NCBI GenBank assembly: GCA_964016885.1
Contig: OZ024742.1
Coordinates: 104,532,001-104,596,000, forward strand
Source: Eledone cirrhosa
Taxonomy: Eukaryota
Direction: 5' to 3'
DNA length: 64,000 bases
Below, in pieces: positions 11,850-24,012 of this stretch. Numbering within the stretch: position 1 is the first letter of the stretch; every line of letters begins with the position of its first letter. A program made the translations under genes and the position numbers. The notes beneath the pieces are model-generated. The model ran no database searches and had not been told where the DNA came from. It was given only the letters and a program-made list of their open reading frames with translations.

Positions 11850-12234
11850 TACAGACAAAATGGTAAAGGCATTGCCATGGACAATAGCCAGTGACACCTG
11901 CTGCAACAACCATCCCATCTCATAGAGCTACTTCCTCAGACAGGCTGCTGTCATTCCGATTTTATGGAGGAGGTCAGCTGTACAGAGTCCAAGGATGACT
12001 GAGGTCTCAATGATGACCAGTGCAAAGAGGAAGCGGCCAGACAATCCCTGGTATTTGCTTATATAATAAGGAAAATTATTATGTACAGTGCTCAGGTGCA
12101 CTTCAATTCATCAAAGGTGCATGTATAGTGCATTGCAGGGCCACGGTACCAGAGTTTGTGGCTGAAGCGACTAGGTTGGAGGTGGAGAATGTATCGTAGT
12201 ATGTCACATCCCAGATAAGGGATTTACCTCTTCA
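11850..12234 (-). mobile_element. CRE-like non-LTR retrotransposon relic (restriction-like endonuclease domain), interrupted by a ~65-bp repeat at 12065-12130
   Basis: Minus strand: RGKSLIWDVTYYDTFSTSNL..GTVA / SKYQGLSGRFLFALVIIETSVILG..IG..WLLQQVSLAIVHGNA, matching the WD.T..DT / KY..ET.G / RLS.AIQRGNA pattern. Confidence 0.75.
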
Positions 12235-12269
12235 AATTATTGAATTATTATTATTGATATTACCATAAA

Positions 12270-13000
12270 ATACAAAAATGTAACCATGAAATATAATCAT
12301 TTATAAACATTAAATATATTATAAAATGAAATATAACCATTCATAAGCATGAAATATAACATTAAACATATAACATGAAATATAATCCTTTATAAGCATC
12401 AAATATATAGAACCGTGAAATTTAACCACTTATAGGCATTAAATGTATATAACTAACTATTTATAAGTATTAAATAATCATGAAATATAACTATTAATAA
12501 GTATTAAATAAATATATAACTATTTATAAGCATTAAATATATATGACCATGAAATAGAACTATTTATAAGCATTAAAATATATGACCATGAAATAGAACT
12601 ATTTATAAGCATTAAAATATATGACCATGAAATAGAACTATTTATAAGCATTAAAATATATGACCATGAAATAGAACTATTTATAAGCATTAAAATATAT
12701 GACCATGAAATAGAACTATTTATAAGCATTAAAATATATGACCATGAAATAGAACTATTTATAAGCATTAAAATATATGACCATGAAATAGAACTATTTA
12801 TAAGCATTAAAATATATGACCATGAAATAGAACTATTTATAAGCATTAAAATATATAACCATGAAATAGAACTATTTATAAGCATTAAAATATATGACCA
12901 TGAAATAGAACTATTCATAAGCATTAAAATATATGACCATGAAATATAACTATTTATAAGCATTAAATATATATAACCATGAAATATAACCAAAAGCATA
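12270..13000. repeat. 39-bp AT-rich minisatellite
   Basis: TATTTATAAGCATTAAAATATATGACCATGAAATAGAAC, ~12 near-perfect copies at 12520-12990 and degenerate copies upstream. Confidence 0.95.
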
Positions 13001-13249
13001 AAATATAAGCATAATAGATATAAAATATGGGGAGATTATGCCAGCAACTTTGTTAATTAAATTATGTTAGAATTAGTTAATTTATTAATGCAGAATAAGA
13101 AAGTAAAGAAGCCAGGTGTCAAGAACTGACACCCGACAAAAACAGAGAAGAAAATAATAAAAAAAACCACCACCACTGCCACCACTTCTGCCATTACTGA
13201 CAGCACCATCACCACCACCACCACCAATCAAATAAACCTGTGGCCTTAC

Positions 13250-13307
13250 CTTTTTGCCGTTAACCTGAATAGTAATCTCCATGTTGTTTGATATCAACAT
13301 TTGTTTA
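13250..13307 (-). other. Candidate 58-nt exon of an unidentified host gene
   Basis: Acceptor TCTTTCTCTGCTACAG, donor AAG|GTAAGG; only open frame is KQMLISNNMEITIQVNGKK; lies in non-repetitive DNA. Confidence 0.4.
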
Positions 13308-13895
13308 CTGTAGCAGAGAAAGATACATAAAGAGAAGAGATAATGATGCTTCCTTCCCTAGGAGAATATCACATTTACTGAACTGTTTTAACACACTCAC
13401 AACTACTTTTTGTTGGTTTGTCTGTTTGTTTTTGGTTTTGTTGTATTTTTTTTTTTCGTTTCAATATCTAATAACTTTTCAACAAATTATTATTATGTAA
13501 GAAAAAAAATTAACAAAAAAAAAATCCACGATAGAAATTGTAGTTATCTGGAGGATGAAACAAGTTCGAACAGAGAAAAATAAGGGAAATAGAATATACT
13601 ACAAGCAATAGTGTTATTTTTCTTATTTTTCTCTCCTTCTCTTAGTGAGAACGAAATAGATGGAATGTGTTGCTTTTTCCTCTCTCTTCCTTTACTCCGA
13701 CTTCACTACATTCCTTTCTCTGATGCAGGCCAAGAGGTGTGTTTCTGCCCACATTTACTAATCTGGCGTCACTAGTTAGCTGGAACCTTCTGATATTTAT
13801 TTACTGAATCGGTTAATAATTTAATCATTTGCTTGTTATTTGGACTCTAATTGCTATTTATAACCAACTGAAAAAAATTTATAAGTATATATACA

Positions 13896-13934
<39 letters not shown>

Positions 13935-13939
<5 letters not shown>

Positions 13940-14430
13940 TTAATATAGATGAGATTCTACAGGACTAGAACTGTTTCATTCTTTAGAAATCATCAGGAAT
14001 CTGGCTTTCCAAAAATAAATGTGGTATTTATAGCTCTTTTCAGGTGGTAGGAGAGGGTGGGGAGTGGGATGGTAGAGGTCATTGGTTGATAGAAAAGGGA
14101 ATTCATTATAAGCTAATTCTTTAAGGCTATAATTTATATTTAGAGTGACAAAGGCAGAAAGAATTCTATAAACAAGTTCAGATTGGGGAGCCACTCCTTA
14201 TTTTTAATTTCTCTTAAGCTAACAATGCCTATATTTCAGGTGTCTATAAGATGGTTGGGGGCGGTCATGGTTGATGGATTTAAAGAAAATGGAAATTCTT
14301 TAAAAGCTAATTCTTTAAAGTTCTACTTAGAGTGACAAAGGCCAAGAGAATTCTATAAACCAGTTCAAAATATTGGGTGCTTATATCATTATCTTCAAAT
14401 TTCTCTTAAGCTATATTCCAGGTGTCGACA
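13935..14430 (-). mobile_element. Penelope-like/retrozyme-like element with hammerhead motif, second copy at 54604-55090
   Basis: ~480 bp highly similar at both loci, internal ~190-bp degenerate duplication, flanked by microsatellites. Confidence 0.7.
13952..14002 (-). ncRNA. Type I hammerhead ribozyme-like motif
   Basis: Minus strand: AGAUUC-CUGAUGA-UUUCUAAAGAAU-GAA-ACAG-UUCUAGUC-CUGU-A-GAAUCU. Stem I is 6 bp, stem III 4 bp, triplet GUA; stem II is closed by a non-canonical U.U. Confidence 0.65.
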
Positions 14431-14512
14431 GACACATTCACACACACACACTCACACACGCACATATACATATATATATATACACACATATATATATATA
14501 TATATATACACA

Positions 14513-14646
14513 CATCATCATCATCATCATCATCATCGTTTAACGTCCATATTCCACGCTTGCTTGGGTTTGGACGGAAGTTTTCCCACTTGAGGCAAGA
14601 GTGGTTGTCTTGCTCGCATAGGACTGTCTGGCGGATTTTCTACAGC
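14513..14646 (-). mobile_element. RTE (PHD family) extreme 3' fragment
   Basis: Matches the reverse complement of 41660-41797. Confidence 0.85.
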
Positions 14647-14692
14647 TTATATATATATATATACACACATATACACATATATATACATATAT

Positions 14693-14754
<62 letters not shown>

Positions 14755-14757
<3 letters not shown>

Positions 14758-14909
14758 GTAAGAATATTTTAGAGACAGCGAGTGGGTTTGAAATTATTAG
14801 AAATGTAAGCTATCGCAGTATTTTGACTAAAGAAATTAAAGAAATTATTTAGCCTGATAGTGGGGTTAAGAACCCTCGGAGAAATGGAAAAAGATGAGTA
14901 TTGACGTAC

Positions 14910-14910
<1 letters not shown>
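14755..14910 (-). mobile_element. Diverged partial copy of the tRNA-like direct-repeat element at 58713-59036
   Basis: CTGATAGTGGGGTT..AACCCTCGGAGAAATGGAAAAAGATGAGT is the reverse complement of 58873-58920. Confidence 0.75.
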
Positions 14911-14986
<76 letters not shown>

Positions 14987-15147
14987 TACATATATATTCA
15001 TATACACATACATATATATACATATACATATACACATACATATATATATATATTTACATACATCTATCTATATATATATATATATACACATACATATACA
15101 TATATATATATACATATATATACACACATATACACACAAATATATAT

Positions 15148-15476
15148 ATCATCATCATCATCATCAACGTTTAACGTCCGTGTTCCACGCTTGCATGGGT
15201 TTGGACGGGGGTAGTCCCACTTGAGGCAAGAGTGATTGTCTTGCTCGCATAGGACTGTCTGGCAGGTTTTCTACAGTTGGATGCCCTTCCTAACACCAAC
15301 CACATTTACAGTGTGGGTCTGGGAGGTTTTTACCGTGTTGCCTACACGGCCACATTACAGCGTGGACTGTGTGTTTTTTTGTCGTGACACCTACACGATC
15401 TCATTTGTTTCGGCCTGGATGGCGCGGCACCAACATAACTTTACATAGAACGGGGTGGTGTGGATGGGGTGGGGGG

Positions 15477-15477
<1 letters not shown>
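15148..15477 (-). mobile_element. RTE (PHD family) 3' UTR fragment
   Basis: Nearly identical to 57960-58294 in the opposite orientation. Confidence 0.9.
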
Positions 15478-15520
<43 letters not shown>

Positions 15521-15615
15521 ATATGTGTATGTTTGTGTATATATGTGTATATGTATATGTATGTATATGTGTGTATGTGTGTGTATATATATATATATAT
15601 GTGAGTGTGTATATG

Positions 15616-15653
<38 letters not shown>

Positions 15654-15822
15654 TATATATAAATATATATGCACACATACACACATATATATATACATAT
15701 ATACATATATATTCATATATACATACATATATATATATATATTTACATACATCTATATATATATATACACATACATATACATATATATATATATACATAT
15801 ACATATATTCATACACACATAC

Positions 15823-15923
<101 letters not shown>

Positions 15924-16049
15924 TATATTGTTATGCTTTGGGAGGGTCATGTTGCCAATAAGAAACACACGCACCAGTTGCTTTCACTCCAATTTATTAT
16001 AAATTAAATTTATAAATTTAAGAATTTATAAATTTCCGGTTGGTTGGTT

Positions 16050-16082
<33 letters not shown>

Positions 16083-16085
<3 letters not shown>

Positions 16086-16428
16086 TCATCATCATCATCA
16101 TCATTTTACGTCCGCTTTTCCCTGCTTGCAAGGGTGGGACAGGAACTGATTCTGGCTTGATTTCTACAGCTGGATGCCCTTCCTAACACCAACCTCATTT
16201 ACAGTGAGTGCTGGGTGCTTTTTTGCCATGGCACCTCCACGTCCACTCTGCAGTGGAATGATATGGACCCCAGTCCCTATCATCTCATTTCTATACAGCT
16301 GAGTAAACTGGAGCAATGTGAAATAAAGTGTCTTGCTCAATGAAACAACACATCACCCGGTCTGAGAATTGAACTCACAACCTTACGATTGCAAGGTCAA
16401 TGCTCTAACCACTAAGACATGTGCCTCC
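16083..16428 (-). mobile_element. SINE family B
   Basis: Full-length match on the minus strand. Confidence 0.9.
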
Positions 16429-16454
16429 ATATGTATATATATGTATATATGTAT

Positions 16455-16500
<46 letters not shown>

Positions 16501-16515
16501 GTATGTATATGTGTG

Positions 16516-16561
<46 letters not shown>

Positions 16562-16587
16562 ATTAAACAAAAACTTGTCGAGTGCTT

Positions 16588-16618
<31 letters not shown>

Positions 16619-16734
16619 GTATATGTGTATGTGTATATATATATATGTATGTATGTGTATGTGTGTATATATATATGTACATATGTGTGTATACATATAT
16701 ATATACACATACACACATACACATACATACATAC

Positions 16735-16854
16735 ATACTCCAGAAGGCGCGCTCTTACAACGGAGGACACAAGGGCAGCCCTTGTGTCCTCCGTTATAAG
16801 AGCGCGCCTTCTGGAGTATTTTCCATTTAAGCGTGAAGAGGGTGGAGTTCCTTT

Positions 16855-16859
<5 letters not shown>
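16735..16859 (+). repeat. Fold-back element: 42-bp inverted arms + 40-bp tail, in (TA)n
   Basis: ATACTCCAGAAGGCGCGCTCTTACAACGGAGGACACAAGGGC-A-GCCCTTGTGTCCTCCGTTATAAGAGCGCGCCTTCTGGAGTAT, one mismatch. Confidence 0.9.
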
Positions 16860-16885
<26 letters not shown>

Positions 16886-16886
<1 letters not shown>

Positions 16887-18538
16887 CATCATCATCATCA
16901 TCAGGTTTAGCGTCCGTGTTCCACGCTTGCATGGGTTTGGACGGGGGTTTTCCCACTTGAGGCAAGAGTGATTGTCTTGCTCGCATAGGACTGTCTGGCG
17001 GGTTTTCTACAGTTGGATGCCCTTCCTAACACCAACCACATTTACAGTGTGGGGCTGGGAGGTTTTTACCGTGTTGCCTACACGGCCACATTACAGCGTG
17101 GACTGTCTGGCGGGTTTTCTACAGTTGGATGCCCTTCCTAACACCAACCACATTTACAGTGTGGGGCTGGGAGGTTTTTACCGTGTTGCCTACACGGCCA
17201 CATTACAGCGTGGACTGTCTGGCGGGTTTTCTACAGCTGGATGCCCTTCCTAACACCAACCACATTTACAGTGTGGGGCTGGGAGGTTTTTACCGTGTTG
17301 CCTACACGGCCACATTACAGCGTGGACTGTCTGGCGGGTTTTCTACAGCTGGATGCCCTTCCTAACACCAACCACATTTACAGTGTGGGGCTGGGAGGTT
17401 TTTACCGTGTTGCCTACACGGCCACATTACAGCGTGGACTGTCTGGCGGGTTTTCTACAGCTGGATGCCCTTCCTAACACCAACCACATTTACAGTGTGG
17501 GGCTGGGAGGTTTTTACCGTGTTGCCTACACGGCCACATTACAGCGTGGACTGTCTGGCGGGTTTTCTACAGCTGGATGCCCTTCCTAACACCAACCACA
17601 TTTACAGTGTGGGGCTGGGAGGTTTTTACCGTGTTGCCTACACGGCCACATTACAGCGTGGACTGTCTGGCGGGTTTTCTACAGCTGGATGCCCTTCCTA
17701 ACACCAACCACATTTACAGTGTGGGGCTGGGAGGTTTTTACCGTGTTGCCTACACGGCCACATTACAGCGTGGACTGTCTGGCGGGTTTTCTACAGCTGG
17801 ATGCCCTTCCTAACACCAACCACATTTACAGTGTGGGGCTGGGAGGTTTTTACCGTGTTGCCTACACGGCCACATTACAGCGTGGACTGTCTGGCGGGTT
17901 TTCTACAGCTGGATGCCCTTCCTAACACCAACCACATTTACAGTGTGGGGCTGGGAGGTTTTTACCGTGTTGCCTACACGGCCACATTACAGCGTGGACT
18001 GTCTGGCGGGTTTTCTACAGTTGGATGCCCTTCCTAACACCAACCACATTTACAGTGTGGGGCTGGGAGGTTTTTACCGTGTTGCCTACACGGCCACATT
18101 ACAGCGTGGACTGTCTGGCGGGTTTTCTACAGCTGGATGCCCTTCCTAACACCAACCACATTTACAGTGTGGGGCTGGGAGGTTTTTACCGTGTTGCCTA
18201 CACGGCCACATTACAGCGTGGACTGTCTGGCGGGTTTTCTACAGCTGGATGCCCTTCCTAACACCAACCACATTTACAGTGTGGGGCTGGGAGGTTTTTA
18301 CCGTGTTGCCTACACGGCCACATTACAGCGTGGACTGTGTGTTTTTTGTCGTGACACCTACACGATCTCATTTGTTTCGGCCTGGATGTTGTGGGACCAA
18401 CATAACTTTACATTGAAAGGGGCGGTGTGGGTGGGGTGGAGGTGGTGGGACGGGGGTGTGTTTTGATAGAGATGCCTACTGACTGTAGTAGGTTTTTACT
18501 TTGTATTTAGGTAAGGCGCGTCTTCTCTATTACTGAGT
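16886..18538 (-). mobile_element. RTE (PHD family) 3' fragment containing the expanded 112-bp array
   Basis: Both flanks of the array match the 41145-41797 LINE end. Confidence 0.9.
16988..18338. repeat. 12 x 112-bp near-perfect tandem repeat
   Basis: GGACTGTCTGGCGGGTTTTCTACAGYTGGATGCCCTTCC.. recurs every 112 bp; only a C/T variant is seen. Confidence 0.97.
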
Positions 18539-18563
18539 ATATATATATACTTATATATATATG

Positions 18564-18644
18564 CAGGGTGTCTCCCCAAAAATGTATACACACTTCAACA
18601 GCATTCTAATAAATATGTGTATACATGTTTTTGGGGACACCCTG
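18564..18644. mobile_element. Tc1/mariner-type MITE
   Basis: TIRs CAGGGTGTCTCCCCAAAAATGTATACAC / GTGTATACATGTTTTTGGGGACACCCTG. Confidence 0.7.
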
Positions 18645-18646
18645 TG

Positions 18647-18677
<31 letters not shown>

Positions 18678-18689
18678 GTGTGTGCGTAG

Positions 18690-18865
18690 TGCCACTCCGT
18701 CAGTTACGACAATTATTTCTGTTGATATGATCAACAGAATAGCTTGTTCGTGAAATTAACGTGCAAGTGGCTGAGCATTCCACAAACATGTGTACCTTTA
18801 ACGTAATGCTCAGGGAGATTCAGTGTGATACAGAATGTGACAAGGCTAGCCCTTTGAATTATATG
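18690..18865. repeat. Dispersed repeat family, also at ~22700-22815 and 24520-24725
   Basis: Shared GTGAAATTAACGTGCAAGTGGCTGAGCATTCCACA..GTGACAAGGCT..TTTGAATTA. Confidence 0.75.
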
Positions 18866-18914
18866 GATGCACATATATGTATGGATGTGTGTGTATATAT
18901 ATATATACATATAT

Positions 18915-19110
18915 GAGTCTCGGGTTCAATCGGGGGTAACCACAGTAAGTAAGGTACTCAATACATTAGTAGAGTGTAAACAACAAATTTAATATAGAAA
19001 TAGCTTCTACCGGACTAGAACTGTTTCATTGAAAGGAAATCATCAAGCTGTCCTGATGATTTCCTTTGAATAAAACAGTTCTAGTCTTGTAGAAGCCATT
19101 TATATATTAA

Positions 19111-19114
<4 letters not shown>
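18915..19114 (-). mobile_element. Fold-back Penelope-like end: two inverted hammerhead-core copies + tail
   Basis: ~63-bp arms at 18985-19047 and 19052-19114, each carrying (C/T)TGATGA..(G/A)AAACAGTTCTAGTC..GTA; tail CACTCTACTAATGTATTGAGTAC. Confidence 0.7.
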
Positions 19115-19168
<54 letters not shown>

Positions 19169-20027
19169 GTTCTTCTGGTTTTATAATTTCACAAAGTTTT
19201 ACCAATAGAGAGAGAGTCGGTTTCTAACATAGACACAAGACTCTCTCATTGGAATTTACACAACATCAACTAGGTAGATATGTATGTGTAGATATGGATG
19301 TTATTGTATGTGTGGATGTGGATGTTTTGAGTTGTATGTGCGCATGTTTATATGCTTTGTATCTGTACATGTGTATATGCAGTTATTAGATGCAACATTT
19401 TTGGAATGTTTTACATATTTTTACTGTTCCATTAATGGATTGTACTTGTAGTTTCCTAACTAGTTTATGTATGTATGTATGTATATGTATGTATGTATGT
19501 ATGTGTATGTATGTATGTATATGTATGTATGTATGTATATGTATGTATGTATGTATGGTCCTGTACTCCTGATAGAGTCATAGTGGCACCATATTGACAT
19601 AGGGTGTTTCTTGGACATTTTAAGTCTGGAAGAATTCATCCCTCTCCAGGTCTGAGTACAGCAGATTTTTTCAGAGAAAGATAGAAAGTGAGAGAGAGGA
19701 AATGAGAAAGAGATATAGAGGAAGAATCTACCCCAGTACTATCAACCTCAAAAGGAAGAAAGATTTGAACTCAGAGAGCCGCGAGCCGTAATGAATACCT
19801 AAAGCATTCTATCCGATATTCTAATGACTCTGCCGTTTCGGCGCCTATACACACACAGACACACACACACACATATATATATTTATTAAAATAACAGATT
19901 AAAGTTTAAGCAAAGAATCGCTGCTTTCACCCTTAACGGGATCTTCTGAAACTAAAAAAAATCAATCTGTGAACGCAGCAGTAAATATTTCGAAAAATGT
20001 TGCAACCGAAGGAAGACAGGATACTTT

Positions 20028-20310
20028 GGTTCGTGGAAACGTTCCCTGGCCAAGAACGGAAAAAAAACGAAGATAATATGTCATTATTTGGAGCAGTGAA
20101 AACATTTGCACGCAAAGACAAAACCACGTTTATGGTATAAATGAAGTCATAGACTAATATTCTATTAGGTGGTTCGTGGAGACGTTCTCTGGGAATGAAC
20201 GGAAAAAACTAAGATAATACGTCATTATGTGGGGCGATGAGAACAATTTCACGCAAAGGCAAAACCACGTTAATGGTATAACTGAAGTCGTAGACTAAAA
20301 TTCTATTTAG
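20028..20310. repeat. Tandem duplication of a ~143-bp unit
   Basis: GGTTCGTGGA(A/G)ACGTTC..CAAAACCACGTT(T/A)ATGGTATAA..TAGACTAA..TTCTATT occurs twice. Confidence 0.85.
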
Positions 20311-20915
20311 GAAATCGAATGATTCTCGGTTTTAGAGTTAAGAATAAAGTAAATAAATTACAGAGGTAATTGAAATTAAATATATACATGCACGCATCCA
20401 TATACGTACATACACATGCAAACGCGAAAATACTCGCCATGGGTAAACAAATACAAGCACGTACACAACAAAACATGCACACACATACAGAACGCGCGCA
20501 CACACATACCCTCATGTAAATACACATATATTCGCAGACGTGGTTCTTATATATTTGATATATATTTATCCTTATCGAGCCCTCTTTGGATTTTAGTCTT
20601 CAAATTTATTACTATATATATATATATATATATATAAAATGCTTGAAAACGACTTATAAAAATTTAAATCAAAATTTGATCCCAAAGAGAGGGAATATTA
20701 TCCACCACTGAAAGTTTCTTAAACCCTGAAAAAGGGACTTTTAGTTCCCGAAATATAGGACAGAAAAAAGAACAACAAAAAACAAAACAAAGATTATCAG
20801 GTAACTTAATTTTCGTTACCTCATCTTACAGTCCATTTTGCATTGTTTAGCCTTCTATCTCTTTCAACATTATATATTACATACACTGCTTCAAGCAAAC
20901 TATAACATTTTATTA

Positions 20916-21105
20916 TGGTGGATTGGCAGTATTGGTAGAGGGTCGGACGCCATGCTTTGCAGCAAAGAGTTACGTCCCTTTATGGTCTGAGTTCAAATCC
21001 CGCCGAGGTTAACTTTGCCTTTCATCCTTACGAGGTCGATAAAATAAAGCACCAGTAATACACTGGGGTAATTGCTGGCCTTGTGCCAAATGTAGAAACA
21101 ATTAT
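20916..21105 (+). mobile_element. SINE family A
   Basis: Full-length match. Confidence 0.9.
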
Positions 21106-21120
21106 ATATATATATATATA

Positions 21121-21472
21121 TTTGGATGGGCAATTTAAGTGTGATAGAAATGCAGAGCTTGGACAAGTTGAGGGAGAAGCTGGGTTTAAGAGGAATCCGA
21201 AGTGGTGTGCAGGAAAGGAGACTGCATTGGCATGGAGATGATCGTTGGGTGAAGAAGTGCCTGGAGATGTGAGTGGAAGGAAGCCACAGTAGAGGTAGAC
21301 CAAGAAGGACCTGGGTAGAGGTTGTGAGAGCTGACCTTAAATCACTGATACTCACAGAGATGACAAAGGATTGCAACTAGTGGAGAGATGCTGTGCTGAG
21401 AAAGACCCATCCAACCCATGCAAGCATGGAAAAACAGACATAAAAATGATGATGATGATAATGATGATGATA
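21121..21472 (+). mobile_element. RTE LINE 3' fragment of a related family with a short 3' UTR
   Basis: LREKLGLRGIRSGVQERRLHW..WVKKCLEM..GRPRRTW, followed directly by CCAACCCATGCAAGCATGG..(ATG)n. Confidence 0.85.
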
Positions 21473-22939
21473 AGCCTACCCACACGCAAACACATAACAG
21501 AAAATATGTTTATGTAAACTACCACAAATTTTCCACAATTCAGTTTAGCGTTAATTTTTCTATATTTAAGTAGGTGAAATCTGTTTTGTTGAAGCAAATA
21601 TTTTTACAGCTGGATGCACATTTTGTTGGTAACCACTTAACTGTGAAGTAGGGAGTGAAGCTTGTGTTTTGTTTGTCAATTAGATAAACTGGCACAAAGA
21701 GAGTTATGTAACTTGCTCTGGAGAGCAACATAATTGCTGGGGTAAAATTTGAAAACATTGCCAAACAAAGGGCCTGGAGGAATTTTCATTTGGGCCATAG
21801 TCATGACAACCTCCTTAGGGAGGGTAATCTACAAGATAAATGCACACAGAGGTAAAGAGGTTGATGATAGGAAGGGCACCCAGTTGTAAAAAACCTGCCA
21901 AACAAGGGGTTGGTGAGACTCTTCAGCTGTATCAACGACATGATAACCTCCCTAGTGCCAGTGCCTTGATAAAATGCATTCAGTGAAATGCTGGATTGTA
22001 TGTAAGCAAGATGTAAGCGCCTGGCCTATCAGAGAGGTCAGTAGCTCCACTTGTGTACTGACTGATCTACTGACCGAAACACCCAACTCTTGCTAGCAGG
22101 GAAAATGGACATTAACTGATGATGATGATAATTATGGTGACTATGTCTATTTATGGGTGAAATAATCAAGCCTGTAAACCTCACAAATATTGTGCCTATA
22201 TAATTGTTTCTACCTATGGCACTAGGCCAGCAATTTGAAAGGAAAGGGAAAGTTGATTAAATTGACCCCAATGCATTACCGGTACTTTGTTTTATAAACT
22301 CCATAAGGATGGAAAGCAAAGCTAACCTCAGTGGGATTTGAAATCAGAATGTAAAGGTATGTACTGATTTGGTGCAAATGGATGTATGTTAATTCTTTGA
22401 TTTTAATTTATAGACACTAGTAAATGAACTTCTGCTAGTTTTGAGAATGAGAGCCCCTGATGGATCAGCTGAATGGTCTACTGTGTGTTGGATTGTATAA
22501 GTATGAGGATTGGTTGAAAATTTCCTAGGCTGACTAGAGCTGTGAAATCTTGCATGCATTAATTTCAACACTTCTTATTAATAACTGCATTGCTTCTTTC
22601 CAGGGACTGTGTTGAAAAATAAACCTCATTTGGTCATTCCATGATAGTATCTTGGCCAGGCTGTGAACTTTTCAGCCAACTCTCATATTTGTTAATGGTC
22701 CACATGTAAGTGGCTGAGTATTAAAAAAATAGATGTATTCTTAAGATAATTCTCAGAGAAATTTACTACAGTGATAAAGTGTGTGATAAGACTTGACCTT
22801 TGAATTACAATTGCAGTCCATCTGACAAGCTACTAAATAGTTTTCATAAAATCACCTTTATTGATTTAAATGTCCAGTTTCCCAAATTAATTCTTAACAG
22901 CTTGCACCACATGAAACAGTATTAAGAAGAGATTCATGA

Positions 22940-23352
22940 AAAATACAAAACAGCACTATGATAGCATCACATTAAATTGTGAAGTCTTTACTCTAATACT
23001 GTAAACATTTTCACAACAATCTGTTTACTAGTAAAGATATTATAAATATTTGAATCAATAAACCACATGAATCACAAGACATCCTTGTAAAGTACAAAAC
23101 AGCACTATGACTGCAACACATTAAAAATTAGTCTTGTTCTAGATTACTGTAATTTTTCACAACAATATCCACTAGTAAAGATACTATACACATTTGAATT
23201 AATAAACTCACTTTTTCAGATATTTTCTGCTAAATCACTACAGTTTGTTAAGAGTCCTTACTGCACATTTTCATAAGAATTTGTCTACTAGTAAAGATAC
23301 TATTCACAGTTGCATTAACAAAACTAAATTTCTTTAGCTATTTTCTGCTAAA
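22940..23352. repeat. Degenerate local tandem duplications (~120-150 bp)
   Basis: TACAAAACAGCACTATGA x2, ACTAGTAAAGATA x3, ATTTTCTGCTAAAT x2. Confidence 0.7.
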
Positions 23353-24012
23353 TTCAGGATGTTAAGAGTTAAGTATGGGTAGGAAAGTTATGTTGTGTTT
23401 GACAGAGATAGAATATCTTTCTTCCTCATAATTTATGTACTCACAGAGAGTTAAGCAGGGTGTAGGTATGTAGTGTAAACAACACTGGAGTGAGAGAGAA
23501 TGAGTGGTAGAGTGAGTGAGAATGAGAAAGTGAGAGTGAAGGAAGATGAGACAGTGAGTGGTGTAATTTTCACTCTAGAATACTAAAAAACCTTATAAAA
23601 ACTTTTCTCACTTTTATGACTGGTAGCAATGTGTGTGTATGAGTGTGTGTGTGTGTGTGTCTGTGTGAGTGTGTGTGCTTCTCTGTGTGTGTGTTCAGTA
23701 TGTTTTTAGAGTTGTTGGACCTCTATCACTTCTGTTGACAAGTACTCCAGTATAAGTTTAACATTAATTAGAAGTATTTAAAACCAATTACATATATTGT
23801 TGTTGTTGTTGTGTGTGTGCTTGAGCATTATTGATCTTTTCATCTGAAGACTGCCACCCTACTCCTACCCTAATATGTTGCATGCCCCATGGTCCTGGTC
23901 AACAGCATGGAGAAGGCATTGCCCTGAAGGACGGATGAGGAAGACATGCTGGAACTGCCACCCCACCTCACAGGGCTCGCACCTGCAGGCAACCAACTCT
24001 GCTCACTTCTAA

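Noticed and set aside
12520-12999. 159-aa repeat protein
   Set aside because: A 39-bp minisatellite read in a stop-free frame
16988-18338. CRISPR-like array, or repeated 78-aa genes
   Set aside because: Units are identical with no unique spacers, there are no cas genes, and the unit derives from a LINE 3' UTR
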